From a virus (lineage: Duplodnaviria > Caudoviricetes), in IMG/VR virus record IMGVR_UViG_3300033068_001704, positions 158,155 to 222,154 of that record: a stretch of DNA of 64,000 nt; one strand, 5' to 3'. A program made the position numbers and the translations under genes. Of this stretch, positions 57,555-64,000 are shown one piece after another (positions within the stretch are counted from its first letter, which is position 1; each line of letters starts with the position of its first letter). The notes beneath the pieces are model-generated. The model had not been told where the DNA came from, did not search any database, and saw nothing but the letters and a program-made list of their open reading frames with translations.

Positions 57555-60161
57555 GTGAAGAAGAGCGAAAATACTCTCAGCGTTCGAGGTTTCCAGGGCA
57601 ATCTGGGGAAACACGACGCGTACCGGAAGAACATCGAGATCTTCCAGCGGGAGTCCGGACAGAAGAAGCTTCGCCCCGACCAGCAGTATTGGACCCTTGT
57701 CCTCAACAAGAGCGACGAGGCCACCATCATGAGCCGAGATCTCGGGGTTTCTCCGAGTCAGTTCCATGGTGTGAATCGGGACCCTGAGGTGTACGAGAAG
57801 TGCCTCGCCGAGTACCCCGGGGCCAACCTGTATCTCGGGGATTGGTGTGATGTTCTCGACCAACAGGAAATCTGCCCGAACGGGGGTCTGATCTACATCG
57901 ACTCCACAAGCGAGTTCGATCGCGAGAACGGACACCCGATCGCTTCTGCCATGGTGACGAAGGCCCTCAACCGTGCGGGGGTTGGGACGCTTGTCTGTAT
58001 GAACATGTGTGCCGAGAACCTTCGGCACCCGTCCGCCGAGATCTCCGAGAAGACGTTCGCCGAGCGTCTGCGGAGACAGACCGACAACCCTCAGATGGTG
58101 TCGTACATCGACCGCTACGAACCGCAAAAGAGCTACACCACTCAGATGAGGTGTTTGTACTTCTGGAAGGAAGTACGCGTCAAGTGTGCATCGAGCATGG
58201 TGTACACGTCCAACTCCCCGCCTCCCCCTGCGGACCAGCCTCGTTCGGACGACAAGACCGTCCTGTATCCGTGGCAGAGCGGTTTCGCGAAGGGGATCGT
58301 ATCTTCGTGGAGATCGCGAGTGATCGCGCCCACTGGATCCGGCAAGACGACGCTCATGAAAGCGGCGGGGCAGCTTGCCAACAACGAGGGCAAGCGGGTC
58401 CTGTTCGTGGTCCCTCAGAGGCACATCGGCCTGGCCTTCATTCAGAGGGCGGATCTCATCATCGACGACATGGGGCTCTCTTGCCCTCGCATCGAGCCCA
58501 ACAACGTCTACCTCGACAGCAAGAACGAGTCGTATGGGCGAGATGGGTTCGCCAACGGGCTGTTCACGTGGCTTCAGTCCGCGAAGGCTTCGAATGGGAA
58601 AGGCTCGGCAATCACGTCGATGCACACCCTCGTCCGAGTCGCTGAGCGGGTGAAGGAAGCGGGTCTCAACATCGATGACCTTCTGATCTTCCAGGACGAG
58701 GCTCACCACATCTCCAACGTCTCCATCTCGGCAAGCGATGAGGATTGCACTGAGGAGGAGATCGCTCTGGAGCAGGAGACTGGGACAAAGCTGGGGGCCT
58801 TCTACGAGTACGTCCTGAACCGCACGAAGGCAGGGGTCTGCATCGTCTCCGCCACCCATTTCCGCGGGGACAAGGTCCCGATGTTCCTGGACGATGCGGC
58901 CTACGCACTCCAGAAGTTCGAGCTTCCGTTCCTGGATCATTGGAAGTGGCTCGGGTTCAAGTCGTTCAACTACGACTTCATCGGGTACGACGGGACCTAC
59001 TCCATCGAGACCCTGATCCAGACGATCCGATTCGAGCGTGGCGAGAAGCACATCGTGTGCGTTCCTGGGGACGGTCGGAGGTTTCGCTCCGACCCTGCAT
59101 GGGTCACCCGCCTCTTCACTGCGCTTCGCGCTGAGTTCGGCGAAGATCGAGTGCTCGATCTCGTCACGCCGGGTGGGGTCAGAGACCGAAACAAGATCTC
59201 GATGTTCGAGGACAACGATCTGTTCAAGAAGGGAGAGGAAAGCCGCTTCGATGTCATCGTGGCCTGCAACCTGATGCGCGAAGGCACGGACTGGGGTCCG
59301 GCGACGCGCATCCATGACATGGCCCCCTCGGCAAGCTTGACCAGGACGGTCCAGACGATCGGGAGGCTTCTCCGCAAGGACCGGCATGGGAGGAAGGTGA
59401 CCGTCGCCTACCGTCCGTACTTCAAGAATCTCGACAAGAGAGCGGGTGAGGAGGAGATCCGCGCCCTCACTGCGGACCATGCGAACGTATCTCTCGCGAC
59501 ACTGACCCTGTCCGAAACTCTCTTCGATCCCCCGGATGCTGTCCCTTCTCCGTCGGGAGGTTCGAGCGAACCGAGAGAGACCCTGACGGATCGCCTTGAA
59601 CGTGTGTTCGGGGACCGAAAAGAAGCGGTCCTGAACAGGCTCGTCGCTTCCCTGAACCCGGCCATCAACCCGGCCCGGGGGGATCAGGAGGACAGGGTGA
59701 TCTGGGCACTCCAATCGACGTCCTACAAGGAATTCCTCCAAGATGAATCCCTGAAGGGGCAGGCGCTTTCCGCGCTGAAGGCATTCGCGAACCACCACCT
59801 CCGCAGCGAACATGCGGGGGCAGGGATCGAGATCACCCCTCCCCTGCGTGTCCTCGGAATGAACCCGGAACAGATCCGAGAGGCTGGGTTCGACAAGACC
59901 GTCCGTGGAGATGAGTTCTCGTTCGAGACGAACATGGACACGGAGCAGTTCGAGGAGCTTCAGAAGGTCCTGCGGAAGATCGCTGCCCCTCGCGGGAGCG
60001 ACAAACGGGACAAGGCTGACGCGACCGACCTGAAGCACAACTCGAACAAGAAGAAGGCCCGAAGGGTGAAGACCCTCCTCAAGAAGGGGAAGCTTCTCGG
60101 CCACTCCTCCATCCACTCGACGGAACAGGCCTCGGCGCATGAGAAAGAAAATTTCGACTGA
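57555..60161 (+). CDS. SF2 (DEAH, restriction-type) helicase fused to an N-terminal Rossmann/MTase-like domain
   Basis: LYPWQ, APTGSGKT, QDEAHH, VSAT, LMREGTDW, QTIGRLLR; N-terminal FHGVNRD...LYLGD...LIYIDS. Start inferred from the GGAG RBS and promoter motif. Confidence 0.8.
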   Translation: MKKSENTLSVRGFQGNLGKHDAYRKNIEIFQRESGQKKLRPDQQYWTLVLNKSDEATIMSRDLGVSPSQFHGVNRDPEVYEKCLAEYPGANLYLGDWCDVLDQQEICPNGGLIYIDSTSEFDRENGHPIASAMVTKALNRAGVGTLVCMNMCAENLRHPSAEISEKTFAERLRRQTDNPQMVSYIDRYEPQKSYTTQMRCLYFWKEVRVKCASSMVYTSNSPPPPADQPRSDDKTVLYPWQSGFAKGIVSSWRSRVIAPTGSGKTTLMKAAGQLANNEGKRVLFVVPQRHIGLAFIQRADLIIDDMGLSCPRIEPNNVYLDSKNESYGRDGFANGLFTWLQSAKASNGKGSAITSMHTLVRVAERVKEAGLNIDDLLIFQDEAHHISNVSISASDEDCTEEEIALEQETGTKLGAFYEYVLNRTKAGVCIVSATHFRGDKVPMFLDDAAYALQKFELPFLDHWKWLGFKSFNYDFIGYDGTYSIETLIQTIRFERGEKHIVCVPGDGRRFRSDPAWVTRLFTALRAEFGEDRVLDLVTPGGVRDRNKISMFEDNDLFKKGEESRFDVIVACNLMREGTDWGPATRIHDMAPSASLTRTVQTIGRLLRKDRHGRKVTVAYRPYFKNLDKRAGEEEIRALTADHANVSLATLTLSETLFDPPDAVPSPSGGSSEPRETLTDRLERVFGDRKEAVLNRLVASLNPAINPARGDQEDRVIWALQSTSYKEFLQDESLKGQALSALKAFANHHLRSEHAGAGIEITPPLRVLGMNPEQIREAGFDKTVRGDEFSFETNMDTEQFEELQKVLRKIAAPRGSDKRDKADATDLKHNSNKKKARRVKTLLKKGKLLGHSSIHSTEQASAHEKENFD

Positions 60162-60164
60162 TCA

Positions 60165-60193
60165 GGGGTAAAACCACCCCCCTGATTCGTTAC
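60165..60193 (+). promoter_or_regulatory. Phage promoter-like motif copy (GGGGTAA-N16-CGTTAC) upstream of the cas12-like gene
   Basis: Between the helicase stop and ATG 60211 (GGAGAG RBS). Confidence 0.7.
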
Positions 60194-60210
60194 TCCTGTA
60201 CGGAGAGACC

Positions 60211-62100
60211 ATGAAGACCAAGACCAAGACGGCCACCAAGACGGCCACCAAGACCCACATCGACCTCGTTCTTCGTGCCCGTCTCGCGGAGCGCGGTTCG
60301 GCAGGTTCGGCCGTTCGTCGCGAGGCCCGGATCGTCATCTTCGGGGCGGACCAGCAGACCCCGCACCCGGACTCGGAGAAGATCGTCGAGGACGATCTCC
60401 GAGGCACCCACGAATACTACAACCGCCTCGTTCGGGCGGTGTCCCCGAAGTACAAGAAGGCACGGGGACTCGTCGTCGGTCCGGAGGCGCGCAAGCAGGA
60501 GCTTCGGGAGAAGCAGATCTCTGCCCTGTATCAGGAGCGTCACGACTGCGCGAAGTCGGAGGAGGCTCGGATCAACGAGGAGATCCTGAAGCTGAAGCAG
60601 GAACGCCGAGAGTCCTGGGCGCTCGTGGACAAGGAGCGGACGGCCCTCCGGAAGAAGAACGCGGAGAAGATCCAGGACCTCATCGGACCTTCGACGATCA
60701 CGCCCCTGATCAAGGCGGAACGCAACCGCGTCTCCGTCTACGGGAAGACCCGCCAGAGCAGCGACCCGACGATCGGTTGGGGCAACTACACGCTTGCGGA
60801 GAAGGACTTCGGTCTCGCGACCCGCAAGGCGTTCAATCTCAAGAGCATCCCCCACTTTCGTGGTGAGGACCGTGATGGGACCGCCCCCGAGGACTTCCGG
60901 GCGTACAAGTTCTGGCAGAAGGACGGGACGCTTCGCTCCGACTTCACGCAGAAGAACCACCACGCACATCGCACGCCCGAGGCGATCTTCGGTGGGAAGG
61001 GGAAGCTGATGACAATCCGCCCCTTCGAGGAGTCAGACCTGGCTGCCTTCAACCTCCCTGCCGCGTTCTGGGACCAGATCGCTCGGCATCGCAGCGAGGG
61101 AAAGCCCGACCGGTGGTACGTCATCCTCATCGTCCGGAACGGGACCAAGGTCCCCGATGCGGACTGGTACGGGGTCGTCGCCAACTTCCCCGCTGGGTCG
61201 AAGCAGACCCCGAGCCTCTTGGATCGACTGCGATCGGTCGATCACGTCACGGAAGCTCGGATCGTGAGGAAGAAGCAGGGCCTTCGACTGGAGACCCACG
61301 TCAACCTCCACGTCAAGATCGCGGTGGCTGCCAAGGTCGCACGAGAGACGGTCGAGGTGAGCTGGGGCTCGTTCACGAACAAGGGGGTCGGGAAGCTTCT
61401 CGTCACGTACCCCGATGGTCGAGTGGACGAGTTCTCCGAGGCGAACGTCCCCGCGCTGCTTCGCTGCCGTCAGCACGAGGAGACGAGCAGGAAGCTCCAC
61501 GAGTCCCTCTCCAAGCATGAGAAGGATGCTCGGAAGGCCTTCAAGACGCTGAACCTCGACCCCTCGATCATCTGGGATCGGGAGGAGTTCCCCCGGAGTC
61601 CCGGATCGATCCGCCACGTGTATCGGCGACTGTTCCGAGACGAGATGGTCGAGGCGCTGGGGGGAGAGGCTGCCCGCGAGAAGCGCGATGAGATCATGCG
61701 CCTGTGCCTCAAGCTCTACCGTCAGCCCGGACCGGATGGTGAGAAGAACCCCTACGGGGGAGACCCGGACCAGGCACGGGAGATCGTCGCCATGCGGATG
61801 GCAGAGATCTTCCCGATCTCCGAAGACAAGGCCGCCGCGATGGCAGTGGTGTTCGTCTTCATGGAGCGGTTCAACCACCTCGCCGACTGGGCGCACCGGT
61901 CCGGCTTCCGGTACCACACGTCTCGACGCGAGTTCTACCGCACGTTCGCGGCGGAGCTGTGCCAGAAGTACAACGTCACGTACCTTCGTCCGCCCAAGGC
62001 AGGTCGTAAGGTCTCGGGAGACCGGAGCGTGGTCGCCCCGTTCGTCCTGGAGACGATCCTCAAGACCGCGGCGCTGAAGATGGGACGCGCGTGGGAGTGA
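60211..62100 (+). CDS. Type V CRISPR effector, Cas12m-like, predicted nuclease-dead and C-terminally truncated
   Basis: Abuts the CRISPR leader. Cas12m-like segments: IFG...LRGTHEYYNRLV, coiled coil, IGWGNYT, FW..DGTL, HLADW...RREFYRTFAAEL...Y, RSVVAPFVL..IL..AA.K.G. No RuvC D/E/D triad or zinc finger recognisable. Confidence 0.7.
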   Translation: MKTKTKTATKTATKTHIDLVLRARLAERGSAGSAVRREARIVIFGADQQTPHPDSEKIVEDDLRGTHEYYNRLVRAVSPKYKKARGLVVGPEARKQELREKQISALYQERHDCAKSEEARINEEILKLKQERRESWALVDKERTALRKKNAEKIQDLIGPSTITPLIKAERNRVSVYGKTRQSSDPTIGWGNYTLAEKDFGLATRKAFNLKSIPHFRGEDRDGTAPEDFRAYKFWQKDGTLRSDFTQKNHHAHRTPEAIFGGKGKLMTIRPFEESDLAAFNLPAAFWDQIARHRSEGKPDRWYVILIVRNGTKVPDADWYGVVANFPAGSKQTPSLLDRLRSVDHVTEARIVRKKQGLRLETHVNLHVKIAVAAKVARETVEVSWGSFTNKGVGKLLVTYPDGRVDEFSEANVPALLRCRQHEETSRKLHESLSKHEKDARKAFKTLNLDPSIIWDREEFPRSPGSIRHVYRRLFRDEMVEALGGEAAREKRDEIMRLCLKLYRQPGPDGEKNPYGGDPDQAREIVAMRMAEIFPISEDKAAAMAVVFVFMERFNHLADWAHRSGFRYHTSRREFYRTFAAELCQKYNVTYLRPPKAGRKVSGDRSVVAPFVLETILKTAALKMGRAWE

Positions 62101-62286
62101 GGTAGGTGCGAGAGGGTCGGTGGCCCTCAAAACCCTGGACCCGCTCGAACTCCAGTAAATCCAGGTATTTGCCTGGCTTTGACAACTGAATAAGTGCCTT
62201 AGAACCCACTATGAAAAGTGGGTCTCTTGGGGCCTCTCGCAAACCAGACTGTAACTAGTCGAATTTGCTAGGGTCCCAAGGGACCC
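62101..62286 (+). promoter_or_regulatory. CRISPR leader
   Basis: Non-coding, AT-richer, TTGACA at 62179, TGCGAGAGG/CCTCTCGCA inverted pair, adjacent to repeat 1. Confidence 0.8.
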
Positions 62287-64000
62287 TCTCCAGAGCCTCC
62301 CGATCGGCTTCGTAGATCAGACATGCCGGTTACGATTCTCGACCCTGTAACCACAGACGATGTCTCCAGAGCCTCCCGATCGGCTTCGTAGATCAGACAG
62401 GCGCCCCCCGAGAGCGTCGGGAACAACGTGCTCGGTCTCCAGAGCCTCCCGATCGGCTTCGTAGATCAGACGTAGGGATCCACTTCCCCCCTGCGAGCAT
62501 CAGCTCAAGAGCTTCCAGAGCCTCCCGATCGGCTTCGTAGATCAGACAGGAGTCGGCACTGCTGGAGTTCGACCGTGATCGCCGTGCTTCCAGAGCCTTC
62601 CGATCGGCTTCGTAGATCAGACAACCTCGTGCCGGACGACCTCTCGAACACGACGAGCGTCGCTTCCAGAGCCTCCCGATCGGCTTCGTAGATCAGACAA
62701 CTGGCGGAACACGGATGACCGGCGTGAACACCAGCGCTGCTTCCAGAGCCTCCCGATCGGCTTCGTAGATCAGACTCGTCGTGTACGTGGCAGTGCCCGA
62801 GCACGCCCCGGTACTTCCAGAGCCTCCCGATCGGCTTCGTAGATCAGACTTCAGAGAAGCGGACTCGGCAGGCGCTGCGATCTCCATCTTCCAGAGCCTC
62901 CCGATCGGCTTCGTAGATCAGACTTCAGCATCGCAGCGCCCTTCACGGAGTAGGTGGGGTGACTTCCAGAGCCTCCCGATCGGCTTCATAGGTCGGACAG
63001 TCAGTCCACGGTGAGCGGTCGCGCTCCCCGCGTGATCTTCCAGAGCCCCCTGATCGGCTTCGTAGATCAGACCTCGTAGCGGTCGCGGAGAGAGACCACC
63101 GCGCCCTCCTTCCAAAGCCTCCCGATCGGCTTCGTAGATCAGACGAGAGCCTAGACTCGTTCCTGAAGCGTTGGACCGCTTCCAGAGCCTCCCGATCGGC
63201 TTCGTAGATCAGACGGCAGGTAGCCCTTGGGCAGAGGGTTCTGCGGGATGACGCTTCCAGAGCCTCCTGTTCGGCTTCGTAGATCAGAATACACGCGAGA
63301 GCTTCTCGACTCCATGCCTCCGTGGTTGACTTCCAGAGCCTCCTGATCGGCTTCGTAGGTCAGACGGCAAGCTCTACTTCACCATCCTCGACTTCCGGGA
63401 GGCGACTTCCAGAGCCTTCTGATCGGTTCGGTGCTGGGACTGAAAAGACCCAAAGCCCCCCGATCGGCCTCGTAGATCGGACCAGGCGAGGCCAGAGCAC
63501 GTCTCGGAACGATGCCCCCCTCCAAAGCCCCCTGATCGGCCTCGTAGATCGGACAACCTGCACACCAAGCCTCCCGATTGGCTTCGTAGATCGGATGGCG
63601 GTGGATCGCGAACGGCAACCACCTGCGGATCACGTCACTCTTCGAGCCTCCCGATTGGCTTCGTAGATCGGACTGCCCCGACCAGCGCAAAGTAGAGCCT
63701 CCCGATCGGCTTCGTAGATCAGACCTGACGCAGAAATGGCCGGTAGCTCGGTGTCCGACTCCCCATAGCCTCCTGAATGGCTTCGTAATTCAGACTGGAT
63801 CTATCGCCACTGGGCCTCCCGATTGGCTTCGTAGATCGGACCATGCTCGCGCAGCGTAGCCACGAGGCCGGTGACCTTGAGCCAGGACTTCACTTCACTC
63901 ATCGACACCCGGTTACTGCCTTCCAGAGCCTCCCGATCGGCTTCGTAGATCAGACAGCTCCTGCCAGCCTTCGATCACGACGAAGAGCAGCCCGTCTTCC
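62287..64000 (+). CRISPR. CRISPR array, 36-nt repeat CTTCCAGAGCCTCCCGATCGGCTTCGTAGATCAGAC, at least 24 repeats plus the start of another; continues past the window end
   Basis: Repeats start at 62287, 62363, 62436, 62512, 62587, 62663, 62740, 62814, 62888, 62963, 63037, 63109, 63179, 63254, 63330, 63406 (truncated), 63447 and 63519; degenerate copies run to 63841; intact repeat at 63920; partial at 63996. Unique spacers are mostly 34-41 nt. Confidence 0.98.

Noticed and set aside
60214-60255. Short tandem repeats AAGACC and AAGACGGCCACC at the start of the cas12-like gene
   Set aside because: Low-complexity coding sequence (KTKTKTATKTATKT) with no evidence of a separate function
60211-62100. 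Ordinary IS200/IS605 TnpB transposon gene
   Set aside because: No tnpA, no C-terminal zinc finger or RuvC-III, larger than typical TnpB, and attached to a true CRISPR array
62505-63690. ORFs called within the CRISPR array
   Set aside because: These are translations of repeat-spacer units
1-64000. tRNA, rRNA, integrase or IS elements
   Set aside because: None recognisable by eye; a tRNAscan-SE/Infernal run is needed to exclude small RNAs

Overview
This window is a segment of a large, GC-rich (about 65% by eye) tailed dsDNA bacteriophage genome with a contractile-tail (myovirus-like) baseplate. It uses the standard genetic code; the host cannot be determined here. From left to right it carries: a replication module (SNF2 ATPase, degenerate DnaC/IstB-like loader, DnaB-like helicase, stand-alone CHC2 primase zinc finger, family A DNA polymerase with a zinc-ribbon insertion); a block of fibre and virion proteins; a second large SNF2; a short RF1-like release factor split by an RF2-type CTT-TGA-C +1 frameshift; a degenerate ComM/YifB ATPase; two Lar-like proteins; gp25-like and baseplate-J-like genes; and many small accessory ORFs. 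A conserved promoter-like motif, GGGG(GG)TAA-N16-CGTT(AC), occurs 9 times. The highlight is at the right end. A 629-aa protein (60211-62100) looks like a C-terminally truncated, nuclease-dead Cas12m-like (type V) effector. It is followed by a leader and a CRISPR array with a 36-nt repeat (at least 24 repeats, running off the window), and no cas1/cas2/cas4 is present in the window. Two spacers translate into peptides resembling conserved segments of EcoAI/EcoEI-type type I restriction subunit HsdR, suggesting a phage CRISPRi-like system that silences host defence genes. An MTase-like/SF2 helicase fusion lies directly upstream. All family assignments come from motif recognition by eye; no database searches were run.
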